From: Rhodosorus marinus CCMP1338
Taxonomy: Eukaryota > Plantae > Rhodophyta
Assembly: GCA_029953675.1 (NCBI GenBank)
Contig: JAMWBK010000013.1
Span: 1-64,000 of the forward strand
Direction: 5' to 3'
DNA: 64,000 bases
The translations under genes and the position numbers were made by a program. The notes under the pieces were generated by a model. The model ran no database searches and had not been told where the DNA came from. It saw nothing but the letters and a program-made list of their open reading frames with translations. Shown here one piece after another: positions 1-10,323 of this stretch; positions within the stretch are counted from its first letter, which is position 1; every line of letters starts with the position of its first letter.

Positions 1-1588
1 CCGTCCTTCGTTGAAGGCGAGTTGCCGCAGCTCCTCGGTAAGCACAGACAGCTGGTTGCAGAGCTTCGACGGCTACCTCCGGGCTTTCTCCAGTGCTCGT
101 TGTTGCTGTTTCGGTATTGTTGCAGTCAGCGGTTAACCCATTGGCTTCGCTCACTTCCAACTCATTGGGGCCGGTGGTTGGCCACTCGTGCGGATGCTGA
201 AAGTTTCCGTGACCTGGGGTATTTTCTCGATGAAGAGCTGAGCGCTCTGCCGCGACCCACCTGTGATGTTGTGCGCGCCCAGGTAGGCCTCCCATTGCGA
301 TTGGGGGGACTGGGCCTCTGCATTCGTGTTGTGGTCCAACCTGCAGCCGCAGTAGGGGCCTGGGGAACCGCACTTCCCACTTTGAGCAGCTTGGGTATCT
401 CGAAGTTCCGCAATTTGATGGCGAGCCTCTCGCGGGGTGTCTTGCTTCCCAGCGTACCTGAAAGCGCCCAAGACTTGTTTCTGGAGCTCCAAACCGCCCT
501 GAATTCCTGTACTAGTCTCCCCGAAACCGTTCAACCCCGTCTTCCTGACTGGCGAGCTGTATTTGACCGCTCTCGAGGCTCCGCCCCGGGGATTCGTCCT
601 GCGCCTGAACCTGTTCTAGGGGAGATTGACCCAGTGGTTGCCGCAGAAGAAGAAGTTCCAGTTGATCCTCCTGGTGATTCCCAGCGCGCTGGGAGCCGAG
701 CTCAAGCACGCACGGATGCGCTGCAAAATATCCTTTCTTGGGACTTGCACCGTGCTGCATATGGCCGACTCCTCGCGCAGATGGTCTCATCTTCTCGCGC
801 TCGCGCCCGCCTACGTAGTCTTGGAGGGGTTATTAGCTCTCAGTGGCTCATGACCGTACCAGCCTTTCCGCCACTCACACTGTCGGATTTCGAAGTGCGT
901 ACTTCACTGCGCTTATACCTCGGCTTACAGCAGCCCCCTTGGCCGTACGAGATGGGTTCGTCGTGCCCTCTCTGCTCTCAGACTGAAGACAACGCAGATT
1001 TTGGCGCCCACCTGCTCGCTAGTTGCCCGGCGGTGAAAGGTGCTCGAACCCGCCGCCACACACGGATCTTGAACCTGTTATACCGGGAACTTCGGCCTAT
1101 AGTCCAGCAAGCCGGTCTGGAAATCGAACGTGAGAAACCTTTACCAGCCGACCTGGTGATCACCTGTGACGACAGCCGCCGTACCACATACGTTGATCTT
1201 GCTGTTCCTAACCCTCAAGCTAGTCGTTATCTCCCGGCTGCGGGGGAGCGCCGTGGATCTGCCGCCGCCAGCATGAGACGCCGCAAAGAGATCAAATACG
1301 CGGGGGCTTTGTCTTCCCCTGGTGTTCGTGCTTCGGCACTAGCACATCGCTTGGTACCCCTGATCATTGAGTGCTTTGGGTTCATGGACTCTGTTGGTTC
1401 TCGCTGGCTTCGGGAGTTGTTCCGCGAACGCCCTGACCGTCTTCAATCGTTGTTTACCCGCTTAAGTTTCCTGCTGTGGCGCATGAATGCCGCTTTGATG
1501 TTGGAGGCGCGAGTACTTCGCCGCGCTTAGTCTTTTTTTCCCCTCGGGTTTTTTTTTTTTTTCAGCCTCCGATTAAACCATTCATTCA
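1..1588 (+). mobile_element. Lineage B non-LTR retrotransposon (RT-RLE, CRE/SLACS-like), 3' half; runs off the left edge
   Basis: ORF to 1530 has LPLRLGGLG, CPLC-x11-H-x4-C, RTRRH, ADL..VDLAV..KEIKY, LVPLIIECFG. T-rich 3' UTR ends CGATTAAACCATTCATTC, as in copies at 2196, 22176 and 36520. Confidence 0.92.
22..1530 (+). CDS. Lineage B ORF2, C-terminal part (RT thumb, CCHC finger, RLE); 5'-partial
   Basis: The frame is open from the window start. It carries a 33-bp in-frame deletion at about 1145 relative to the copy at 35946-36476 (VADFQNDERRV missing). Confidence 0.85.
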   Translation: MPQLLGKHRQLVAELRRLPPGFLQCSLLLFRYCCSQRLTHWLRSLPTHWGRWLATRADAESFRDLGYFLDEELSALPRPTCDVVRAQVGLPLRLGGLGLCIRVVVQPAAAVGAWGTALPTLSSLGISKFRNLMASLSRGVLLPSVPESAQDLFLELQTALNSCTSLPETVQPRLPDWRAVFDRSRGSAPGIRPAPEPVLGEIDPVVAAEEEVPVDPPGDSQRAGSRAQARTDALQNILSWDLHRAAYGRLLAQMVSSSRARARLRSLGGVISSQWLMTVPAFPPLTLSDFEVRTSLRLYLGLQQPPWPYEMGSSCPLCSQTEDNADFGAHLLASCPAVKGARTRRHTRILNLLYRELRPIVQQAGLEIEREKPLPADLVITCDDSRRTTYVDLAVPNPQASRYLPAAGERRGSAAASMRRRKEIKYAGALSSPGVRASALAHRLVPLIIECFGFMDSVGSRWLRELFRERPDRLQSLFTRLSFLLWRMNAALMLEARVLRRA

Positions 1589-1680
1589 GGAGGTGTGCTA
1601 GATATAGGAGGTTCTAATCTAAGTTAATAGCCCTAAACTAGTATGAGGTGCCTATCCATATGGAGGACAACAGCTAAGAT

Positions 1681-1824
1681 GGGTTTATTGGTTGGTTTAT
1701 TGGCTTGACTGGCTTTACTGGACTTTACTGGACTTTACTGGACTTTACTGGACTTTACTGGACTTTACTGGACTTTACTGGACTTTACTGGACTTTACTG
1801 GACTTTACTGGACTGGACTTTACT
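1681..1824 (-). repeat. Tandem 10-mer (AGTAAAGTCC)n 3' tail of a lineage A element, degenerating distally to AGTAAAGCC/AATAAACC
   Basis: Nine perfect GACTTTACTG units at 1721-1810, continuing into the lineage A 3' UTR (AGCATAGCCTGAAGCGCTACG) after a partial unit. Confidence 0.9.
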
Positions 1825-2342
1825 AGCATAGCCTGAAGCGCTACGCAAGGCGTGAAGATGAACTAATAACTAGGGAGGGAAGCATGCAACCCCAGGCGCC
1901 GATGGCGCGCCTCGGAAAGCATGTCGCTGGACGCCTCAAGAGCGCCAAATATTCAGTCATCGCATCGCTTGGTACCCCTGATCATTGAGTGCTTTGGGTT
2001 CATGGACTCTGTTGGTTCTCGCTGGCTTCGGGAGTTGTTCCGCGAACGCCCTGACCGTCTTCAATCGTTGTTTACCCGCTTAAGTTTCCTGCTGTGGCGC
2101 ATGAATGCCGCTTTGATGTTGGAGGCGCGAGTACTTCGCCGCGCTTAGTCTTTTTTTCCCCTCGGGGTTTTTTTTTCAGCCTCCGATTAAACCATTCGTT
2201 CGAAATATTCAGTAGGATGCTCAGCAAAACATTTCCGCAACCACTCTAAAACCGACATATCCACGTGACCAAAGCTTTCCACAATGAATGGCTGGAACCG
2301 GTGAGAGCGACTCTCAGCGCAAGGCAGACTGGCCATGCTCTC
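1825..2342 (-). mobile_element. Lineage A1 3' fragment, interrupted by a B insertion
   Basis: Matches 2363-2650 with a small deletion. Split at the duplicated 11-mer AAATATTCAGT. Confidence 0.85.
1958..2202 (+). mobile_element. 5'-truncated lineage B insertion with 11-bp target-site duplication
   Basis: Identical to the B 3' end (HRLVPLIIECFG...VLRRA*). Flanked by AAATATTCAGT at 1947-1957 and 2203-2213. Confidence 0.9.
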
Positions 2343-2400
2343 GGACTTTACTGGACTTTACTAGCATAGCCTGAAGCGCTACGCAAGGCGTGAAGATGAA

Positions 2401-5400
2401 CTAATAACTAGGGAGGGAAGCATGCAACCCCAGGCGCCGATGGCGCGCCTCGGAAAGCATGTCGCTGGAATATCGCCAAAGGGAAACACTTAAACGCCTC
2501 AAGAGCGCCAAATATTCAGTAGGATCCTCAGCAAAATATTTCCGCAACCACTCTAAACCCGACTTATCCACGTGACCAAAGCTTTCCACAATGAATGGCT
2601 GGAACCGGTGAGAGCGACCCTCAGCGCAAGGCAGACTGGCCATGCTCTCAGCATACCGTCGTTCCTTAACTCTTCGAAGGGCTGAAGCCGCGGCCCCCCG
2701 GCGGCGGGCGGCTGCGGTGAGGTGGGCGCTGGCCACGGGGCAGGTAATCGCAAGGTCCACAGATGTTGAGCGTCTGGCAGCAGCGTCAGAGACGAGGAGA
2801 TCGGCTATACAACGGGGCGGTGCAGAGTCCGAGATTGATCTGGGCAGTTCCGACTCAACCTCAACCGTATGCCCTATCCGAGTCAAAAATTCGCTGAGGA
2901 TGTACTTGAGGCGAGTGTGACGCCTCGTACGGAGACCTCTCAACAGTCCGCAGGAACCCAGGAAGTGGTAGCCACAAGCGTCAATCCGACTCTCACATCC
3001 CTGACAGAAAGACGGCCGATTAGAGTGCCACGGAGCCTGTGGCAAACCGAGATAGATCCGTGCGGCAGAACGGAACTGGAAAGTATCAAGCCGATGACTC
3101 AATGACGACGGTAGAGTGGTTAACCACAAGTGCGAGAGATGGCCTCCCATGCCGCGGAGACGAACGGCAGTGGTAGGCGGCGTGAGAGGAGAATTGAGCA
3201 TGACTGTGTGAGCGGCACTGTGTTGGCCCCAGGTGAGGCTATGTTGAATCACATCAGTGCGGGAGCTCCACAATCGGCTCAAACCCGGGTAGTCTGCAAC
3301 AGGTGACCCGGGGCTAGCCTCTCCGTCATCGGCAAGAACTCGGTCGAGGGGAGAATCCTCAATCGCTTCAGCTCGTCCCCATAACAGCTCCCTCCAGGAA
3401 CGAAAGCGGGACCGATTTGCGTCCGGCACGGCGTTGCACCTCCTGAACGCGTGTTGAAGACCATCATAAATTGTCAAAAGCGGGGGCGGCAGGGTTACTG
3501 GATCCTCGTTGGTCAAAGCTCGAGCCAGGAGGCAGGCACTTCGCATCTGGAAGGTCACCAACGTTCGCAGCGCGGTAGCCCAGGAGGCAACCGCCGCTGG
3601 CGAGCATACCAGCCCACGGTCTGCGACGCCGAATCCCCCTAATCGCAACGGTAGAGCGATCTGTGCACGAATTAAGTCCCTGTCGGGAGCAGCTTCAAGA
3701 TCGAGGGGCTCATCCAAGAGCGTTCCCCAGTGTTGCAGGGTCATTTCGTCGGCGCGTTAGCCGCGATCCACGAGCCCCAAGCTGGAGGCAGGCTGCGCAA
3801 CCAGTAGTTGAGTCTGGGACCGGCACAAAAGCGGGAAAGCAAGCAGGCCGATTGCAGAATGCTGTCGGGTAGGTGCTCAATGGCTTCGATGAGTTGCTTG
3901 TGCCGTGCCAAAACTCGCTCGCAGGATGCTTGGACAAAGTTGTCAGTCCCCAATCCGACGCCGTGGTGTTCGAACCCTTCACGTTCGCTGATTAGTCGCA
4001 GAGTGGGTGGCAGAGAGTTCAGCGACACGTCCCTCGGGGGGAGAAAGCGACATTTTTCTGTTTCCACAGTCAAACCGACGCGACGTGCAATCGCTTCGAT
4101 CTCGGTCAGTCCCCTAGCCAGGGTGTCAGGGGTGCCCAGCAATGTTACGTCATCGTGGTACGCGCAGATTCGAAGATCCGAGACCTCAGTCGAAAGACGT
4201 AAAAGTACGAGCTGTAGGGCACAGGCATGAAGAAGAGGTCCGCAAGGGTCGCCTTGTTGGACGCCAGTATGGGCTTGAAAAACAGTGCCCTCCGTTGTCA
4301 AGGAGGGGAGGCTCTCCCCTCCGTAAATACCCGATAGAAACGGCCACGCCTCTGGAAATACCCGTCTGAGCACCTCTAGCGCATGCGTCCTCGAGACGCT
4401 GTTGAATGCGTTCCGGAAATCAACCACCAAGACTCCCCACTCCGGCCTACTGGCGCGTTCTAGCTCGATCCCATGGGTGATCAGTTCGCAACCCCCAGAA
4501 AATCCCACCCCTACTTGCAAGGGCGCCATAAAAGCTGTGACGCGCTGGCGAAGGCGCTGGCATAGCCACCTCCCGGCTAACTTCCGTAGGCTCTCCACCA
4601 TCCCGATCGGCCGGAGACGCGGGTGGGCCGGCTGGTGGTCAGGTTTCGTGAGCAAGCAAAGCTGTGCCTGCCGGAGATGTTCCCATGGCGCAGACGCACC
4701 CGATACGCCCTGGAACAACTTGTTAAGGATCCTCAGAAGCGCGCTCTGGCCAGGCTGGCTCAGGGCCTGCAATAGCTCTGTTCTTAGTCCGGAGGGTCCG
4801 GGACAGCGTCCCCGACGCGAGGTACGAAGCAAATCCTCCAGGTCAGACTCACTGAGGGTCAGATCGATGCGAAACCTGGCCAACTCCGGACGGTCCAAGA
4901 ATACCTCGAATTCAGGGGACAAATCCACGTCGGACTCAGGGAACAAAGACGACACCGTCTGGGCGAGACTATCATCGTAGGGGAGGACAGGCGCCTGGCC
5001 CTCCAAAACCCGCGCCGCTCGACTTAAATCGCCCACTGCTACCAATTTCTGTACTCGAGCCGGCACGGGCGACACTGTGCCATGCCGAGTCCGACGGGCG
5101 GATGGTGCTGACGACGCCAAATAGATGCGCTGTAGTACTTCGAAGTCTCCCTTCAAGAACAGGGCCAGTCGGTCTCGTACTCGCCATCTGCGCTCCGATG
5201 TGTGGATGGGGGCCAGAATCAGGCGCGGCATGACCCCCAGAAAAACCCAAATGACTGTGCCCCGAATGTTGCGAGCCAGGCTCGTGAAGATGAGATCGAG
5301 AATGATTCCAGCTACTAGAAGGTCTCCACGAGGAAGGACGACTGGGGGAATGCCCCCACGGAGGGGAAGCGAGCCTCCTTCCAAAGAAATCCACCGCCGG

Positions 5401-5474
5401 AGCCAACTCCGAAAACGCGTACGCCAAATTCCCCAGTCTCCGCCCTCCTTCAGGACATAAGACTGTAGATCCAT
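2401..5474 (-). pseudogene. A1 ORF2 (reverse transcriptase + CCHC + RLE), frameshifted near 3755
   Basis: ORFs 3741-5474 and 2401-3744 join into one protein. Motifs: LRPIGMVESLRK, QVGVG, DFRNAFNS, GVQQGDPCGP, AYHDD, CQGC-x9-H-x4-C, RTRRH, IADLL, VDLAI, FQPFIVESFG. A 2-nt insertion relative to copy 2 (GGCGCGTTAG vs GGCTTTAG) causes the shift. Confidence 0.9.
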
Positions 5475-5505
5475 AGGCTGCGACCTCGCAGCCGTGCCTG
5501 GAGCG

Positions 5506-6914
5506 CTAATCGTGCTTCTCCCCCTTAGACCCGGGGGATTCGGTCCTCGCTCTCTTACCTCCTATCCGCACCAAAGTCGTGAGCCGCCCACTCCGAGAGG
5601 CTCGCGGAACGGATCCCGCGGGCTTCAGCAAAGTAACCTGGGCGTCCTCCACCGGCATGCCCTCAGTCTGCTCCCCTGCCTCACCACTCTCGCTGGAAGT
5701 AGTGCTGGAAGCAGAGCCCTCCAAAATACCCACCCGCTGCAGCTCTGTCTTGTAGCGCGAAGTCAGCACAAGTCGCCTCTCCAGATCGAAGAAACTGGAC
5801 ACCGCCATGCGCGGATGACGAGGGCCCGACCGGAACCGCTCCAACAAGATCCTCTCAAGGCGCTGAATCCGTAGCCAATGGATCGCTGCCGCCTTCACGC
5901 TGCTCTCATGCTCAGAGAGCCCTGCCGTCTCTCCCGGAGAAAGGAAATTGCCCGAGAAACGGTCAAAATCGAAGTGCAAAACCACCTGCGGGTTGCAGCG
6001 CAGCCACCGGGCGCTCTCAGGCCACTGCTCGGTAGGCTTCGCCAGCAAGGCCTCCAGGTACTTGGCGGCGGTTGCGGAGACCAAAAACAGCACATCGCGG
6101 CCCTCATAGTTTGCGAAGAAGAAATCACCCCGGCTGCACCCTAGCGATTCCGCAAAAGTGTCCCGGAAGTCTCGCATAGACGGAACCTGTCCTCGTGTAG
6201 TCTGGGGCCGGACATTTCGCACCCACAGAAATTGGAGAGTGGTCTCCACAGGTCCATCCTGAGGCTCGCTAGATGGTATGAAACGGAGCATAGCCGCCGT
6301 ACGTGTGGCAGTGGTGCCGTTCCGCAAGACTGATGCGTACGAAGCGCCCCCCTTGCGGCCACCACGTGCCCCCGAAGTAGCCGGGAGCTGGTGACCACCT
6401 GAGGGCTGGTCCAAGAGAGGGAAGTCCACAGCTGCAGTCTCCTCCACACCGGTTGCCGCACAGTCACCACCACCATTGCCTCGAGTCCCCGAGCGCTGAA
6501 GCGCGTTTTGGCCCGGCCTGCCGCTCCCCAACGTCGTACTGTCCCGCGCAGAAGCAACCGCCCTCGCCTGTCTCGGGACAGGTTCATGTTGATTGACCGG
6601 ATGTTGACTGCCTTCAGCCAACGCTGCCACTCTGGGGCAATTCAAATTCTCGTCCGAATTTGAATTTGACCTGGCCAGCAATCCCGATTCCAGCCCACCT
6701 AGCTTCTGGGTGAGCTGAGGGACCACTCCACGATCACTCGCAGCCGTGATCAGGCTGGTGACAGCGGAGATAAGTGCACGCGCCTGGGTGCCAGAAGCGC
6801 CTTCCAAGTCAACCTCGGAAGAAAAGGTGCCGCAGCTGAGGCGAACACGGAGTCCCCCACCTGGCAGTGCCTCCTTGGGAGGAGGCTCCGTCGAGCGCGA
6901 GATATCCCTACCAT
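5506..6914 (-). CDS. A1 ORF1 (gag-position protein of unknown family, about 470 aa); true start MVG(I/V)SP at 6914 with a 1-bp deletion just after it
   Basis: The conserved start ATGGT(A/T)GGG is seen in copies at 11733, 16470, 24786, 41510 and 61150. The ORF-track start at 7137 lies in the 5' UTR. Confidence 0.75.
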
Positions 6915-7220
6915 CCTGAGGGAATGCGCAAAGGAAACGTTGCACCACCAATATGAAACCGCACCGGGAGAATAATCGACCAAACCCAACCCAAATAGGA
7001 AAGGCCCCGCAACACACCCACCCGGAAGACAGAAGTAGTTGCAAATGTAAACGACGCCCCGCGGAAAATCGAGGGGAAGGCGTACCAGAGGGAGCGCTTC
7101 CCGTAAACGAACACGCTCGCGACCGAAAAAGAAACAAAACCCCAATCCTGCGATTAAATCAACGTTAGCCTCGGACTTTACTAGCATAGCCTGAAGCGCT
7201 ACGCAAGGCGTGAAGATGAA

Positions 7221-10200
7221 CTAATAACTAGGGAGGGAAGCATGCAACCCCAGGCGCCGATGGCGCGCCTCGGAAAGCATGTCCCTGGAATATCGCCAAA
7301 GGGAGACACTTAAACGCCTCAAGAGCGCCAAATATTCAGTAGGATCCTCAGCAAAACATTTCCGCAACCATTCTAAACCCGACTTATCGACGTGACCAAA
7401 GCTTTCCACAATGAATGGGTGGAACCAGTGAGAGCGACCCTCAGCGCAAGGCAGACTGGCCATGCTCTCAGCATACCGTCGTTCCTTAACTCTTCGAAGG
7501 GCTGAAGCCGCGGCCCCCCGGGGGCGGGCGGCTGCGGTGAGGTGGGCGCTGGCCACGGGGCAGGTAATCGCAAGGTCCACATATGTTGAGCGTCTGGCAG
7601 CAGAGTCGGAGACGAGGAGATCGGCTATACAACGGGGCGGTGCAGAATCCGAGATTGATCTGGGCAGTTCCGACTCAACCTCAACCGTATGCCCTATCCG
7701 AGTCAAAAATTCGCTGAGGATGTACTTGAGGCGAGTGTGACGCCTCGTACGGAGACCTCTCAACAGTCCGCAGGAACCCAGGAAGTGGTAGCCACAAGCG
7801 TCAATCCGACTCTCACACCCCTGACAGAAAGACGGCCGATTAGAGTGCCACGGAGCCTGTGGCAAACCGAGATAGATCCGTGCGGCAGAACGGAACTGGA
7901 AAGTATCAAGCCGATGACTCAATGACGACGGTAGAGTGGTTAACCACAAGTGCGAGAGATGGCCTCCCATGCCGCGGAGACGAACGGCAGTGGTAGGCGG
8001 CGTGAGAGGAGAATTGAGCATGACTGTGTGAGCGGCACTGTGTTGGCCCCAGGTGAGGCTATGTTGAATCACATCAGTGCGGGAGCTCCACAATCGGCTC
8101 AAACCCGGGTAGTCTGCAACAGGTGACCCAGGGCTAGCCTCTCCGTCATCGGCAAGAACTCAGTCGAGGGGAGAATCCTCCATCGCTTCAGCTCGTCCCC
8201 ATAACAGCTCCCTCCAGGAACGAAAGCGGGACCGATTTGCGTCCGGCACGGCGTTGCACCTCCTGAACGCGTGTTGAAGACCATCGTAAATTGTCAAAAG
8301 CGGGGGCAGCAGGGTCACTGGATCCTCGTTGGTCAAAGCTCGAGCCAAGAGGCAGACACTTCGCATCTGGAAGGTCACCAACGTTCGCAGCGCGGTAGCC
8401 CAGGAGGCAACCGCCGATGGCGAGCTTACCAGCCCCCGGTCGGCGACACCAAATCCCCCTAATCGCAACGGTAGAGCGATCTGTGCACGGATCAAGTCCC
8501 TTTCGGGAGCAGCTTCAAGATCGAGGGGCTCATCCAAGAGCGTTCCCCAGTGTTGCAGGGTCATTTCGTCGGCTTTAGCCGCGATCCACGAGCCCCAAGC
8601 TGGAGGCAGGCTGCGCAACCAGTAGTTGAGTCTGGGACCGGCACAAAAGCGAGAAAGCAAGCAGGCCGATTGCAGCATGCTGTCGGGTAGGCGCTCAATG
8701 GCGTCGGTGAGTTGCTTGTGCCGTTCCAAAACTCGCTCGCAGGATGCTTGGACAAAGTTGTCAGTCCCCAATCCGACGCCGTGGTGTTCGAACCCTTCAC
8801 GTTCGCTGATTAGTCGCAGAGTGGGTGGCAGAGAGTTCAGCGACACGTCCCTCGGGGGGAGAAAGCGACATTTTTCTGTTTCCACAGTCAAACCGACGCG
8901 ACGTGCAATCGCTTCGATCTCGGTCAGGCCCCTAGCCAGGGTGTCAGGGGTGCCCAGCAATGTTACGTCATCGTGGTACGCGCAGATTCGAAGATCCGAG
9001 ACCTCAGTCGAAAGACGTAAAAGTACGAGCTGTAGGGCACAGGCATGAAGAAGAGGTCCGCAAGGGTCGCCTTGTTGGACGCCAGTATGGGCTTGAAAAA
9101 CAGTGCCCTCCGTTGTCAAGGAGGGGAGGCTCTCCCCTCCGTAAATACCCGATAGAAACGGCCACGCCTCTGGAAATACCCGTCTGAGCACCTCTAGCGC
9201 ATGCGTCCTCGAGACGCTGTTGAATGCGTTCCGGAAATCAACCACCAAGACTCCCCACTCCGGCCTACTGGCGCGTTCTAGCTCGATCCCATGGGTGATC
9301 AGTTCGCAACCCCCAGAAAATCCCACCCCTACTTGCAAGGGCGCCATAAAAGCTGTGACTCGCTGGCGAAGGCGCTGGCATAGTCACCTCCCGGTTAACT
9401 TCCGTAGGCTCTCCACCATCCCGATCGGCCGGAGACGCGGGTGGGCCGGCTGGTGGTCAGGTTTCGTGAGCAAGCAAAGCTGTGCCTGCCGGAGATGTTC
9501 CCATGGCGCAGACGCACCCGATACGCCCTTGAACAATTTGTTAAGGATCCTCAGAAGCGCGCTCTGGCCAGGCTGGCTCAGGGCCTGTAATATCTCCGTT
9601 CTTAGTCCGGAGGGTCCGGGACAACGTCCCCGACGCGAGGTACGAGGCAAATCCTCCAGGTCAGACTCACTGAGCGTCAGATCGATGCGAAACCTGGCCA
9701 ACTCCGGACGGTCCAAGAATACCTCGAATTCAGGGGACAAGTCCACATCGGACTCAGGGAACAAAGACGACACCGTCTGGGCGAGACTCTCATCGTAGGG
9801 GAGGACAGGCGTTTGGCCCTCCAAAACCCGCGCCGCTCGACTTAAATCGCCCACTGCTACCAATTTCTGTACTCGAGCCGGCACGGGCGACACTGTGCCA
9901 TGCCGAGTCCGACGGGCGGATGGTGCTGACGACGCCAAATAGATGCGCTGTAGTAATTCGAAGTCTCCCTTCAAGAACAGGGCCAGTCGGTCTCGTACTC
10001 GCCATCTGCGCTCCGATGTGTGGATGGGGGCCAGAATCAGGCGCGGCATGACCCCCAGAAAAACCCAAATGACTGTGCCCCGAATGTTACGAGCCAGGCT
10101 CGTGAAGATGAAATCGAGAATGGTTCCAGCCACTAGAAGGTCTCCACGAGGGAGGACGACTGGGGGAATGCCCCCACGGAGGGGAAGCGAGCCTCCTTCC

Positions 10201-10292
10201 GAAGAAATCCACCGCTGCAGCCAACTCCGAAAACGCGTACGCCAAATTCCCCAGTCTCCGCCCTCCTTCAGGACATAAGACTGTAGATCCAT
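7221..10292 (-). pseudogene. A1 copy 2 ORF2 (RT-RLE) with two in-frame nonsense mutations
   Basis: ORFs 9384-10292, 8160-9347 and 7221-8102 are in frame, separated by TGG>TGA (9384) and CGA>TGA (8160). Confidence 0.9.
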
Positions 10293-10323
10293 AGGCTGCG
10301 ATCTCGCAGCCGTGCCTGGAGCG

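Larger units (their letters stand above)
2343..7146 (-). mobile_element. Full-length lineage A1 retrotransposon, copy 1 (about 4.8 kb, ORF1 + ORF2)
   Basis: 5' end ATTGGGGTTTTGTTTC (same as at 24554); ORF1, ORF2 and 3' UTR present; tail (AGTAAAGTCC)2. Confidence 0.93.

Noticed and set aside
1669-1680. AACAGCTAAGAT shared with 41930-41941 as a target site for A
   Set aside because: It is a 12-bp match at different distances from the tails; such matches are expected by chance in 64 kb.
1681-1824. CRISPR array or actual chromosome end
   Set aside because: There are no spacers. The array is internal, flanked by unique sequence on one side and an element 3' UTR on the other.
4402-4980. Antisense ORFs (4402-4980, 9220-9798, 3808-4230, 27452-28243, 49969-50778 and similar)
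   Set aside because: They are shadows of GC-rich coding sequence on the opposite strand, recur only because the elements are repeated, and have no motifs.
2401-5474. Group II intron, retron or Penelope-type RT
   Set aside because: The RT is followed by a CCHC finger and PD-(D/E)xK RLE, with 3' tails, 5' truncations and TSDs typical of non-LTR retrotransposons. There is no GIY-YIG, HNH or domain V.
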